A stretch of DNA of 64,000 nt from Octopus vulgaris (lineage: Eukaryota). The stretch covers positions 9,486,001-9,550,000 of the forward strand of contig OX597818.1 of NCBI GenBank assembly GCA_951406725.2, given 5' to 3'. This document shows, one piece after another, positions 24,780 to 39,018 of the stretch (the stretch's first letter is position 1; each line of letters starts with the position of its first letter). A program made the position numbers and the translations under genes. The notes below the pieces were generated by a model that was given only the letters and a program-made list of their open reading frames with translations, searched no databases and was not told where the DNA came from.

Positions 24780-26900
24780 TTCATTCTTTTTTTTTTGTCT
24801 TGGACTTATACAATAAAGTCTTGAAATAATTTCCTCTCTTCCACTCGTGCATGGTTTCCAAACAGTCATCTTTTGCAAAATACATAATGGCAAGGGAAAT
24901 CAGTATGCGATATGTATGTGATATGTAATTAAGGATAAATCTTTCTGTTGGAAGAGTGTTACAACAGCAGCTCTCCCCAATGGAAAAGACAGGTTCTTGC
25001 ACCGGCAGGCTTTTGATACCATGAGATCTGTCATGCATTTTGTTTTCAAAATGCATTTTGTTTTCAAGCCACATCACTTCAGGTTCACTCACATATCTAT
25101 CACCGTTTATCGTCATTTCATTGATATGAAGTTTAATGGTATAATACATTTATATAGCTTCTTCAAAATGTATTTTACTGACTTGACTGTTGAAAATATT
25201 TCCATATTTACTGGAGCATTGAATTTACGACGTAAGTATTTGTTATAGGGAGCCACATATCTATGATGAATTGTAAAGTTATCAGCTTGAATTGTTGCTT
25301 GACGTCGTTTGTAGTATGAATAACCATCGGCATTTGCTCTTGTTTCTTGAAGATATTCTTTAGGAAACTCCTTTTCGAGGAGACTGTTCTCCATGAAAGC
25401 TCTGGCGCTTTCTTCACCACACGGTCCAGTATCACGCATTTTTTATATTATGAAACAAAGGCCCAATTTCCACATCAGGCATTTCAACACAAAACAACTT
25501 CATCTATTTGTAACGCTTCTTTACTCTTGTCATCCGGATACAATATTATTAAGAGTAGCAAATTTACCCATCTACGCTGGCAGCATAAAATGAGGGAGGG
25601 AAGTAATAACAGCAGTATGTAGTGAGAAATGTGTAAATGGACATGATAGTTTACTGGGTGATGTCATAGAGAAATAATATTATCGCTGGTGATACACCAT
25701 TCTGTTGCAGCTATACGACATGTGTTTGTGACTAGGTGACATGTGTTGATGATTCACTCCCGAACTGAAATAGGCCCCGAGCTTCTGTAGCATGAATGGA
25801 CCACCCATAACGAAAGTTAGAGCTTTCTTCGACCGGTACATAAAAATTATTAAGAAAAATGTTATTTAAATATACTCTTATTTTAATTACACGAATTTAC
25901 GCTTGTTTGTACTCTTATACATTCAAAGTTCACAATTTTTATTTAAATTATGAATCATATTCCTTTCGATGATATCTATGATTACAAAACTTCTTTGTAC
26001 ACGATATTTTCTGTTTGGTCGACATTAACATCCAAATTACTGGAGCCCGTTGCTCTACCCATAGCGTATAACTGGCCGTCTGTAAACATCGGAGTGGGTA
26101 AAAATACAGCTACACATTTTAAAGTTTGGCCTTGTGCCTTGTTTGTTGTGAGCGCTCGAGCAGAATCTGTAGGGTTACAAAAAATCAAATCTTCTCCTGT
26201 TCTATGAAAGAATGTCTGGATGTTCTGGTACCATGGGTTATTTTGATTGACAAGACTAAGATGTAAACAACAGTCACTGCGATTAGCCTTTTCGAATCCT
26301 GCTCGAGACTGACCCACTTCAATAATCAATAAATAATATTTTCTAATGTAGGCACAAGGCCTGAAAATTGCGTTTCATGGTACTTCATATATCGAAAGGA
26401 TGACAAGCAAAGTCAACCACAAAATAATCACACATTATATATACTGACATACATTTTCCATTTTATTTTCGCTACAAACCGCTCTCACGACTCCCTTCAT
26501 GTCTACCATGGGGCCACGAACTATGCGATGAAAACCCAGAGTTACTCGTGGTTGGTGAATCTTTAATAAAAACGCGAAGGTGGTTTATCTATTCAAACAT
26601 AGATATCTACGAAATAATCATACTTTCTGATTCTCGTTTTAATGCTAAAAAGTTGACCACCAGCTGTATACATATGTGATGTTCTGTGTACACTTGTCTA
26701 CGATCTCTGAAGCAACATAGAACTCTTCCTGGAGCTTCTGACAAGTGGGCATCAATCCATGCAAAAGACAATCCAGAGTTATACGACCTGGTGTTTTCTT
26801 TGAAATGACCATAATAAGGATTATTGATTTTTACCAGAAAGGATATCATGTAGTCTGGAAATTCTTTTTGAAAAAACGCAATTTTTCTTGGTAGCAAGAA
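24780..26900 (-). pseudogene. Scrambled Helitron RepHel remnants
   Basis: 25113-25439 reads GPCG...YYKRR...VAPYNKYL...VKSVKYI. 24980-25150 reads RYVSEPE...MHDRSH. 25982-26160 reads TNKAQGQTL...GQLY...NIVYKEVL. 26607-26897 reads HFKENTRSYNSGLSFA. The domain order implies at least two copies. Confidence 0.85.
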
Positions 26901-27819
26901 TTACTGTAGTAGCCATTAGTGATATTTATACCTCCACAATAATGTTCTTCAGTATTTCGTTCATTTTATGTTGTATCATAAACTTTTTTCTGTGAGATGT
27001 TCTTCATTCCGAGTGGCTATCATTCTTACGACATTACGCTACATTTTGTTGTTGCACTAATTTTGATCTATTAGATTTTGTTGTTGCTGTTTTCTGCTCC
27101 TCATAGTAACTTGCCCTAGCAATTACCTGCACTTTGCTTTTGTTTTGGCTTCTGAGAAATACTCTGTCTGACTTGAAAGATTTTTGGTTTGTTTCTTTTT
27201 TTTTTATTTCATATTATTTTTACTGTCTGCTCACGGTTTGCTTTCAGTTAAGTTTCAAATTATTCTTGACTGAATTTAAATTTTCGTTTTCTCTGTCTTT
27301 CTCTTGCTAATCGTCTCTTTTCAAGTCAGGATCCCAGTAATCTGTCAGTAATAGAGTACATATATGTATACACACAGTACGTGAACAATCGCATAGTATA
27401 GTAACGTCTCTGTTGAAAATATTATCAATCATGTAATATATATGTGAAATGAAATATTAAATATTAGACTATTTTCTTACTGCTGCTTGAAACGATGTTT
27501 TTCTTGAACGACTAACATGTTTTGATATCAGAGTTGAATGTCGTCTGCTCGTTCCATTGAATCAAGTGATATATCTTTTAGACAGTGTTGTGTTTTGGGG
27601 GTTTTTTTTTTGTTAAGCAATTGCCAGATTTATTGAAGTGAATAAGTGAAACAGAAAAAGAAACAGAGAACGAAAAAGTTAATATAAACTATTACAATAA
27701 CAATTTTATTTTCTGTCTCTCGTTCTCTGTGTCGTTCGACACCATCAGAAGTTACATCATTTGTGTTGTGTTTGTATGTGCACGCGCGTCTGTGGTGTGA
27801 AATTCCATCATCAATTAGT

Positions 27820-28002
27820 GTAAGTTGTTTTCAATTTTTTCTTTCTTTGGAAACGATAAAATATCTACTGTTTTATTGTTTTCAAAATACCTGCTGTTCC
27901 AACAGTTGATATGGCGTTCACTCATTCACTAACAATTTTTTCTACTTCCTCTTTCTCTAACTGACTCCCACACCATTTGTCGTTTTACTTTCCTTCTACC
28001 AG
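27820..28002 (+). other. Candidate short GT-AG intron in a repeat-poor island (possible 5' UTR of a plus-strand host gene)
   Basis: GTAAGT at 27820, branch-like CACTAAC (~27927) and CTAAC/CTGAC (~27957-27965), a long polypyrimidine tract, and CAG at 28000-28002. Confidence 0.35.
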
Positions 28003-29795
28003 CGTGATCGACGTGAAACATTGAGTTTTATTGTATGTAAGATGTGTGCGGGTGTTTGTGTATGAGTGTGCGTGCGTTTTATGTGTTTGTGTGTGTGTGT
28101 GTGTGTGTGCATGCGTGCGCGTATCTGTGTGTTTGTATATGTGTGTGTATTTATTTGAATGCGTGGAATTAATAAATATAATTTAGAATAAAAAGATAGT
28201 TTTATATTCATTAAAACACTGGCGACTTCAGAGCTCACTACACCTCGTCTGCATTTAGCGTCTCTGGTTATCACTCGCTCTCTTTCCATTTGCTATTTTA
28301 GATTCATCTGACAGCGTGAGCGACAGGATATTCATTGAGTTTTATAATATGGAAGTAATGATTTTATAAGAAAAAGCAAAAAATTCATAAGGGAAGGTAG
28401 TAAAAGGTTGATAATATTGTTCCAAGTATTAGGCTGTTATTTAATTAAGCCCGAAATATGAAAGGTAATATTCACTTCGACACTATATGAATTCGTGGAT
28501 ATAATTAAATACCACAAAACTTTTCCTTTGGCATTCTAGTGTATCCTCTTTACAACACCAATGTTATTTTTGTAATGATAGCATATATTTTAATACCGTT
28601 TCCTCACGGGGGCGCAAGTCTGAATTTTCTTGGTAGAGTAGCGTGAGGCATACTTCCGATTGAATCGAAGTGGTACTTAACTGACACCGTCTTTTATTAT
28701 TCCCCGATAGAAGAAAGGTACTTAATTACCGCAATGCAATTTATCTGACGCTCAGTCAATTCTGCTAATCAGCCACTCTTAATATATGAAAATATTGATT
28801 ACTGATTTACTGGCCACTGAGAATCAGTGAATGTTTACATAGTGGCTACACACATTTCTGACTAAGAGACTTGGGAAATATAACTGCAGTTTATACACTA
28901 AATCTTTGTATGTATGTGGTTGATAACAATATCATTATTGTTGATAGCAATATCATTATTACCCTTGGTTTTAAGGATGTCCTAGCTTTAAGGCCCAGCC
29001 TTTCGAGTTATTTTACAGGACTTAAAAACAAAAACTGAAGAACCGTTGCAATAAGTGTGTGAATGTGAGAGGGAATATGTTGAATAAAACCATTAATTAA
29101 CTGATCCTCCTGCATTTTCTTTCACACAAAGACACGAATTTTTCAGCAATCCCTCGTATATACAGTATATACATATATCTGTGTATAATGTACGTGTGTA
29201 TAAATAGAAAGAGACAAATAGTGAGGGAGAGAGTGAGAGAGTGAGTGAGACGTTGAAATGGCAAATTCGTTGAGTCTTACTACTGGCTGTCTGGGATCTA
29301 AGTTCAAAACCCACCGAAGCCTACTTATATATATAAACACCAGCCACCGCGAGAGATCAGTTGAATTGCTATTGTGTCGGACGTTATTCCTTGTGGTATT
29401 TGTTCTGGCTTTATGCTTCTAATGGCAAAGTATGCATTCACACTGGCGCCAACTTGCATACGCCTTGACATTCATTTGAACAAGCATAAGTAGTATGGAG
29501 ATACAAAATGCTAGTTTTCCATGGAAAGCAAATCCTTGCCAAAAGCTGCAAATGAACTCTCAAGATAGTGAGAGTCAGGCCGTCTGTAACAGAGGAAAAG
29601 CTTCTTGAGATTGACAAGAGGAGAGAGAGAGGGGGGAGAGAAAGTAAAAGTAGGTGAGAGATAAAACGGAAGGAGAGAGAAAAAGATAAAAAAATACTTA
29701 TGCCTCTTATAAAGTGGGTATTAAATCAAATTTGCTTAACTCGTAATTTTAATTTATTTATAGAAAATAGAATACATTAAAGAATGAAATCCCTG

Positions 29796-29797
<2 letters not shown>

Positions 29798-29865
<68 letters not shown>
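29798..29865. repeat. (TG)n microsatellite
   Basis: Visible directly in the sequence. Confidence 0.97.
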
Positions 29866-29868
<3 letters not shown>

Positions 29869-30248
29869 CGAGTTACTCACTTCTGGATCACTTCTGAACT
29901 TGATCAGCCTACCCTGAGCTAAATGACAGCTAAAGCAACCTGGTGTATTTGAAAATTTTTATTGGATAGATGTGAATGAATGCAGCAGGAATATATTAGT
30001 ACTGTTGTTGCTATGTTTATTTATCCAAAGGCGAGGTCTCATCAGGCAGACCTATGATTTAAAACACACCAATCTTTATCCAAGGTACTTTGAACTGACA
30101 AAACATTACCCAAAGTGACTATATCTTTCATTTATGCAGGGTGTGGTATAATAGGAAATTCACGCCATTTCTGAGAGGTTCAGGGACAAAATACAATGCC
30201 TTCACTTGAGGTATATACCTGTGTATGTGCACCGTTGTGTATGCACGC

Positions 30249-30284
<36 letters not shown>

Positions 30285-31494
30285 GTGTATGCGTGCGTGT
30301 GTGTGTGTTTGTGTGCATTATTGGTATACGTTACGCATGTGTTATAACAGTGTTTGAGTATGTGAGAATGTATATTGCATACTCCGCATGCGTACGTATG
30401 TTGTTTACGTATCCCTGTGGACAGCTGTTCATACGGTAAAGCACATTGTTTATTTGGATGAACAGATGTCTATCCAGAAATATTGTCATGTATTTGAATT
30501 TGTCCCTATAACGTGTTTGTGATTTGTCTGTACGGATGTGTGTTTTCTTTATGAGAGCATGTTGTATTTATTGGCAACCGTGTATCTGTAGCAAATTAGA
30601 AAGTCCACATCTGTGCACACGTACGTGTGGTGATGTATGCGAGTAGATATATGATTAAATATGTATTCATGCATTTTTGTGCATTTGTAAGCACTCATGT
30701 CTCATTGTATATGTATCTGAAGGTAAAATATAATACGTGTTTATATGCGTGCTGTGTGTATGTGTATGTGTGCGTTTGTGTGTGCACACGCTTATGTACG
30801 AGTGTGGACATGCTTATATATATATGGTTGCGTGTTCTCTATTTAAGCGGAAGTCATAGAGACAGTGAGACAGAGACAAAGGAGGTAAGAGAAAGAGTTA
30901 GAAGGAAAATAGTATATCCGCGTTAATATATATAATTATGAGCTTGTGTATTTGTGTGTATGTATATCTGTGCGTGAGTGAGTTAATATCTGTTTTTGTG
31001 TATATGTTAGTTCATTTAAGTATATATGTGCATATACTTGCGGCAGTGATTATGAATTTTAATTGTGTATGTGCTAGTGTTTGAGTATGTACGTGTGTGT
31101 GTGCATATTCGTGTTTGTGTGTATATGTGTGTCTACAATTACCATTTTGTTTGTTTCATTCTTTTATATATTTATTTACTTTTTATTTCTTCAAAACTTT
31201 GGTTCCAGAAAATGACTTTTGGTTTAAAATTCACCAAAGCATAAATATATTTTTTTTAAATAATCTTTTTTTAGAATATTTTTTTCTTCTATCGTTCTAT
31301 AGACTTTAACTATATCATTAATTCAATGTTATCTAATTAACATTTAAAATCTTCAAAATTTAAAAAAAAATTCTTAAAATCAAACGCTTTAATTAAATTT
31401 CTATGAAAAAGCATCCATCCTCACATAATCAAGAAACAGTCTTCAAGATTTCTTTCTTCGAATTTCCACATGAACATTTTTGTTGTTGAAGAAG

Positions 31495-31745
31495 GGGTTA
31501 TTATTGTTGTTGTTGTTGTTGTTGTTATTGCTGCTACTGCTGCTATTGCTGTTGTTGTTGTTGTTGTTGCTGTTGCTGTTGTTGTTGACGCTATTTTTGT
31601 CACTGCTGCTGCTTTCTTGTTGTTAGTCATGGTTGTTTTGATAGTGGTGTTCCTGTTATTGGTGTGGATGACGTTATCGTTGTAGTTGTTAATATTGTTG
31701 TTGTTGTCGTTGTTGTCGTCGTTATTGTTGTTGTTCGTGGTAGTG
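31495..31745. repeat. Degenerate (GTT)n/(GCT)n low-complexity tract
   Basis: Visible directly in the sequence. It is the source of the poly-V and poly-T ORFs. Confidence 0.9.
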
Positions 31746-32929
31746 GCGTCGGCAGAGCTGCTATTACTACTATTGATGTTATTCGAATTGTTATTGTATT
31801 TGTTATTGTTTATGTTTTGACGTGGTATGAGGTGTGTGTTGTAGTTAGTGGTGGTTGACGTGGTGATGGAAAATAAAGTGATATGCGAGTATTATATTTT
31901 TGTTGCTCATGTTGCAGTTGTGTGATAACTTTCCCTGGTAGTGAGATGTGAGACACAATTTACATAATTAAAAGTTTATAAAAGTTTTTCAGGTAAAGCA
32001 TTTATTCATATTTTTTTTCAAATTTGACCATGATATCATACAACACTATGTTTTATAAAAATCGTAATGAAACAGGAAACATATACAATGTGAGTTGTAG
32101 ACTTTATCCATCATTCGGTTTGTTTACCATTACGAACTTGGCATTGAGTGCATTTAACAGAATACATATATACTGATTTCAAATTTTGGCAGAAGGCAAG
32201 CAATTTCGGCCGAGGGTTGAGTCCAATGCTCAGTTTTCTACACCCCGCCGAATGAAAAGCAAAGCTGACCGTAACGAAGTAAAGATGGATGAATTACCGA
32301 GAATACATATATATGTGGCAATCAAGTTTTGGTTTAAGAATGAGTGCCTCTCTCCCTTTAACCAGGTTTGAGGCTTTTAAAGGCATCGAGATTACGGCTC
32401 TTTTTCCATTCACTGATGACTATCGTCAAACTATTATAAGATCTAAGTGATGTCAAACAACAGTCATAGAAGTAGAAACAAAACAACGTAAGATACAACT
32501 GTAGCAACCTGTATGAATCAACAAGGAAACCTCGAAATATTCGTTCAAAATGATATTTAGAAGGAAAAGCTTCCCCATATAAAAGTCCTAGAATCTTAGA
32601 AAGGTAAACGACAATCCATAATACAGTTCGAAATGAACTATGCCTGAAAAAGAAAAAAACTGGATGATCGCAACTAGATTATGTTTGATCATTGTTCCGT
32701 TTGATGGGCGTTGGCCCGGAGAGAAAAAAGAAAAACGCCAATAACGACGATGACAACAACAACAGCAACAATCAATGACAACAACAACGACAAACGATTA
32801 GGACGACTTCAACCACAGGCAGAATAGTGTCTATTGCATATGTCTCTGGAAAGTTTTAATTCCTGGAGCTCTACTTCAGATTAACATTACAATATAAAAT
32901 ATGCACAAATACAAAATGAGACACCTTCA

Positions 32930-33420
32930 GGAAATTTGAACTCTTGACCTACAAATTTGTAGTATAATACGATATTTTCTATACTTTGATGGACATTATA
33001 TTGATTATATGCATCCACTCTTCTCAGCATCTCTACTGATGTTGACATAAGTCTGCTTCATAGTGGCTGCCCCAGGGGCCTAGGGGTATTCAATAGCAAC
33101 AGCTACATCAATAGCAATGACTATGATTGCAAGGTTTTTCTATTTCCTTCTGGGGATGTTAACACTATATATACATCATGCATTTCCTCTATGCATTGTA
33201 TTTTTCTTTTTTCATTTTCTTCTCTCTCCTTTGAACATATTTTCTTAGTTGCTTATTTAAATATTATCATTATAAGATAATGCAAATATATAACACAATA
33301 TTTCAATGATTTAGTGTAGCTACGTCCTGATACTACCACGAAAAAAGTCGATGCTTCGAACAACCTACATCCGAACTGGAAACATTTACATCTTCAGACT
33401 AATTTTCTTCTAAAGTCACA
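32930..33420 (+). mobile_element. Possible highly decayed Penelope-like fragment
   Basis: Weak similarity to the FLDI...TDIFYK...SCHP region of the PLE at 58678-60978 (ctcttgacctacaaatt...gatattttctatact...tcttctcagcat). Confidence 0.3.
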
Positions 33421-33829
33421 GCCAAATAGGAAGCATTTTTTGGTCACCCGGCCTGCATGACTGAGCATTGTAATTTTCATTATATTATAGTATATTGTCA
33501 CTGTCTTTAAGACATGATTGGTAATGTTGATTTAAGTAAAGTATGCGATGCCAAACAGCAGAGAGAAAAGCAGACGATCGTGACAACAATGCATCTGCAC
33601 TTTGGTTTACTGCAGTGGTTTTGTCTGGGGACTAAAGGAAAATCAATCTTGGCAGAAAAGATCTTACAACAGAAACGGGTGTAAATACTGAAATTCATTT
33701 TTGTTCACCACACCGAAGTAGTTCATCGCTCGCCATTGTATATCTATATGCATACGTACATATACATATGTAATTTAATTCTTTTATACTCTTCAATCCT
33801 TAGACTGCGTCATGCTGGAGCACCACCAT

Positions 33830-33852
33830 ACATATGTGTATATGTATATGTG

Positions 33853-33908
<56 letters not shown>

Positions 33909-34084
33909 ATATAGATATACACATAATTATACATACATATATAGATATACAGATGTACATACATATATATGCATACATATATATATATATATATGCATGT
34001 ATATATATATGTATGTACATATTTACATGCATATATATGTATGCATGTATGTACATATATATATATATGCATATATATGTATGC

Positions 34085-34133
<49 letters not shown>

Positions 34134-34210
34134 CATATACATACATATGCATATATACAAATATATGTAGAGATTTACATATATATATAAATATATATAA
34201 ATATATAAAT

Positions 34211-34290
<80 letters not shown>
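33830..34290. repeat. Compound (TA)n/(TATG)n/(CA)n low-complexity tract
   Basis: Visible directly in the sequence. Confidence 0.95.
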
Positions 34291-34291
<1 letters not shown>

Positions 34292-36161
34292 AAACACCAA
34301 AAACTTGTGGTATTTTTTATGGTATGCCTCCCTACAAAAACATCGTGAAGTTTGTGATGGATTCGGATAAATGTGTAGGTCGTAAGTTGACAGGCACACT
34401 AATACTGATGCATCGAAGCAAAGCTACTCGGTTCACCATGCTTGCTTCTGATATAACACATGTCATTAAATATTTTCGTTGGTTGATACTGTGAATGTTG
34501 GTGTTAAATCAATATCAGATAAAGATCTGAACTCAGAAAGCTGATGCTGACACTTGTTGATAGTGGAGAAAGATAGATGTATAATGTTGCTAGATTCAGA
34601 ATTCAATGAGCCACCTAAACCATCAAGAATCTGATTCAGTGTCTGAATTCAATGTCGGAGTAAGGAAGGTTCCTTTAAGCAGCTGACTACTGAAGTGAGT
34701 TCTGTAAATCTACAATAGGTTTAAATTAGTTACTGATATATATTAGGCCACTTCTCAACTTTACAGCTCAGGTAAGGGTTAGAGTAGCGAGGTACATACA
34801 ATTGTGAGTAAATAATCCGGACTACGAAAACAGTGCGGACAACACGCATTATGTATTGCTTACTTTTTCGGTACTTGCACATTACCATCACATTTTCGAA
34901 ACTGCATTACCTTCATATATGTAACCTAACGAATTTGTTGGTTGATTACAAAAACAGAAGAAGTGAACGGTTTATAAATTTAAGATTACAATTAATATAT
35001 TATGAAACAGAGGAAAGGCGTTTTTATTTTTGTCGTTTATCTTTTGTCATTTTAGATTTTTCGCGGTGTAGCTTGAGAAGGAAAAGTAATGCTAATGACC
35101 TTTTGCAGAGCATCCATAGCTGCAGGAATATAGTTTCCATTAACGGCACCTAAAGTCTACTGAGCGATTGTTTAAGGCTATTCCTCCTATGAACAGAGAC
35201 CATTGATTTGAAGTTTTCTACAAACCTTCTGTATATACAATTAGAATCAAAATCCCTGCACCGACATATGGCAATAATAGCAGTCACCTTCGTTTACCTC
35301 TTAATCATGTTTTCAGGGCACCCAAGGTTGGTGAAACGAAGGGATGTAGGTCCTTTCGAAATGGAGAGTTTAGCCGAATGCTTGCAGCAAAACTAACTCT
35401 ATTAAAGCTATCCAAGAACCAAGTGGTGACATTAAAGCCGACGGCATATCAAGTCTAAAACTCAAGAACTGGTCGTATCTTCAACATCTTTAAAAGTATC
35501 AAATCGATCTTTATGCTGGTCTGATGACAGCTGATTACTTCTACAAGACAGAAATATTGTCAGAGAAAAAGAATGGAAGAAAGAGCAGTATCGACATCAA
35601 TACAGGATTTGTGATTTATTTTATTAAAACAATGAAGTGATGAAAACCAAATTAGCTTCAGAAGAATTGGAAATGGAATTGCAAAGTCAGAAGAAATACC
35701 AGTAGGCATTGTGCCTTAAGATGCCTTGCAGTGGGTTTGAACCAAGACAGCATAGATGTACCCATAACTTGTTCTAATTTCATTTAGTGAATCATTTTTC
35801 ACTCCACTGTGTCCGCCCAATGAAATATAAAGCATAATCTCTCTTGTGATAACGAAATCCAAGTTTAGGTTTTCATTTGTAGACGAACAATCTCAAATGT
35901 TATACTTCTACTATCATCCACATCAGATGCAATCAACAGCCAATAAATAAATATATTCAAAAGTTTATAACATATTTGATGTATATTATATAAGAAATTT
36001 TCTGATTATGCTATATAGTATATCTATATTCATACACATATGTGTGTGCGTGAGAGTGAGAGAGATAGTGTGTGGGGGAGGGCATGTATATCTATCTATG
36101 TATCTATATATATATATATTTATATATATATACTTACATACATACACACACACGCACACAC

Positions 36162-36230
<69 letters not shown>

Positions 36231-37290
36231 CATAACATAATTTGTACATATACGTATGACAAAAAATCTGACATTAGTCTAATCAGACCGTTAGTCCAGA
36301 TATTAAAGATTCAGTCCGAATGTGTAGAATCCGTCGCTTGGTTAGATATTCGATGCTCTTGCGCTAGAATGAAGGCATGAAACAATGCAAAATTGTGTAT
36401 TTGAAGAAGATTTGCTTGTTATTAGCAGCATCCCGAGCGTTAACCCTAAGAATTCCTCGCTGGCTTGTAAGTTTAGTCTGCAGATGCCAATGTTGAATTC
36501 ACTCAGTAGCAAATAACTTACTTTAATTAGCATCTATGAGATTCCTGATATCCTACCACCAGACTCGACATACCAATTCTAGCCAGGAGTTACAAATGCA
36601 CAATGTTATAGCATTAAAAAAGAAAATAAATAAATACATGAATAAATAAATAAATAAATAAATTGAATGATGAAGCATAAAAGAATTAAACAGCTGAAGA
36701 TCTTATCGTCTTCAGGTCTTGGAATTTATTTAGGAATTTATGTAATTCCTGGTTTCAGTTATTTCTGAGTCAATTTTTCTTCCTTTTCACATAATTTTAT
36801 CTGATTCCACTTTTATGTCCCTTTGTCTAACTTCCTTACACGTACAAATTTACACGGCACACACACAAACACATATGCACGCGCGCATGCGCACACATGC
36901 ACACACACCAAGACACAAACAGAAACAGAAATGTTGTAACGATACAAACATACGTATGCGCAATCCCGCTCCCACCATTCATGAATACCTACACGCACAA
37001 CAAACATTTACTTATACACTCTTAATACAGATATGTTCATTGATACACGCACACGTAGACACACACAAGCATGAATAAGTTCACACATAAGCACATACAT
37101 GGTGCATACACACAAAGATAGTCCCTTTCACATAAACGCACCCAAACATCTTCACATGTAAACATGCAAACACACACGGATGTCTACATACACACAAACA
37201 CACATGCATAAATATCATTGGCCACGTAAACGAACACAAACTTTTAAACACGCTTACACACATAAAACGTCTTCATAAACTCACGCATTA

Positions 37291-37291
37291 T

Positions 37292-37334
<43 letters not shown>

Positions 37335-37397
37335 TACTACTACTACTACAACAACTACTACTACTACTAATTGTACTACTATTACTACTGCTTCTTG

Positions 37398-37445
<48 letters not shown>

Positions 37446-37490
37446 AACTACTACTACTACTAATTGTACTACTATTACTACTGCTTCTTG

Positions 37491-37531
<41 letters not shown>

Positions 37532-37574
37532 TTACTACTACTACTAATTGTACTACTATTACTACTGCTTCTTG

Positions 37575-37627
<53 letters not shown>

Positions 37628-37640
37628 TTACTACCACCAC
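37291..37640. repeat. (CTA)n microsatellite with a higher-order repeat (3 units)
   Basis: The interruption AATTGTACTACTATTACTACTGCTTCTTGTA recurs at ~37369, 37462 and 37546. Confidence 0.93.
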
Positions 37641-37804
37641 TTCTACAGCTGTAGCTACTGCTTGTCAGAATCGGTGAATAGAAAAGGAAATACATAAGAA
37701 ATAACAACAAGAACAACAAATGATGATTATACTTGCTTGCTGTGTCGACATTTGGCCTGTTAATTTTGATGAGCGGTGGTTAGTCAACACAATAACCACA
37801 ATAC

Positions 37805-38555
37805 ATGACCAGTACTTTACTTTGTCGATCCCGAAAAGGATGAAGAGCGAAGTTGACGTCGTTGGGATTTGAACTTGGAAATTAAAAAGCAAAAAGAAAT
37901 ACCACAAGACATCTACTATGATGTTCTATCGACCCGAATAATCTTTTCCCTTCAACAACAATATAGTGTATAATATAGTCACAAGGTCAGAAAGAGGGAT
38001 TGGAAGTGTTAGTAGATTATTTCCATTTTAGAACTTGACTAATATTCTATCGATTCTGAAAGGATGAAAGACCAGGTTAACTTTGATGAAGAGGTGTATG
38101 AAATGCTCCAAGTTCTTTTGTTCGACTTGGATAGTGATTTTCAACAACGATAATTGTTGCAAATTTAGAGACGGGGCTAGCCATTTTGAGAGAAGGACAT
38201 TTCATGATTTCATTGCATCAGTATGACAGTGGTACTTTGTACTATCCAGCCCGAAGAGCTTAGAGCAAAGTTAACCGCGGAGGACTTAACGATAATAATA
38301 TTGGTTTATGAACTCAGAGCTTAAAGCACCAGAACACGGGTGGCATTTTGCAAAGCACTATTGATTCTGCCAGCGCGTCGCCTTCACAACATGAATAATA
38401 CGATATTGATTTCAAAATTTGACACAAAATTTTGACATTACCTTTCATCTTTTCGGGATAGATACAATAAGTACCAGTCGAACACTAATATCAATGTAAT
38501 CGACTTACCCACTTCCTCTAAATTGATGGCCTTGCGCCAAAATTTGTAAACAATA
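37805..38555. mobile_element. Cluster of degenerate SINE family 3 fragments, in both orientations
   Basis: Repeated gtcgatcccgaaaaggatgaa, gaaaggatgaaag, gattctgccagc and tttcatcttttcggg...aagtaccagtcg motifs match 16007-16217. Confidence 0.7.
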
Positions 38556-39018
38556 TTATCATCGTCACCATTATTAGATTTAATACTTTGTCTTATAACC
38601 CCAACTCATTCTCGTCCCCAGTATTTTCTTTTCTCCAAACGAGCCTTCTCTCAAAATTCTTTACCAAGATGACATTTCAGTAAATAGCTTGCATTAGAAC
38701 CTATACGTAGCACGCATTATGGGGTTGATTATATTTTGTTATTTCTATATATGCCTGACTATAACATTATATATGATACGCAGCAAGCCTAGCATGTTCA
38801 GGTAATTCTTGGCTATGTTTACGTAACCGGCATAGTTAAATATTCTCACTAATTAGATGAGTAATTAGCGTTATTTATTTCACCCTGCTTATGTCTATAA
38901 ATAAAATGACTGAAGCGTGTGTTTTCCTGTCAAATGCAAAGTTTAGACTGAAGTATATTCAAATATCATTGGTAAGTAGAAATGATATGAGGATTATGTG
39001 TGTCTATTTCTATATATA

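Noticed and set aside
35515-35570. CTGATGA...GAAATATTGTC motif
   Set aside because: The helices do not form, so it is compatible with chance.
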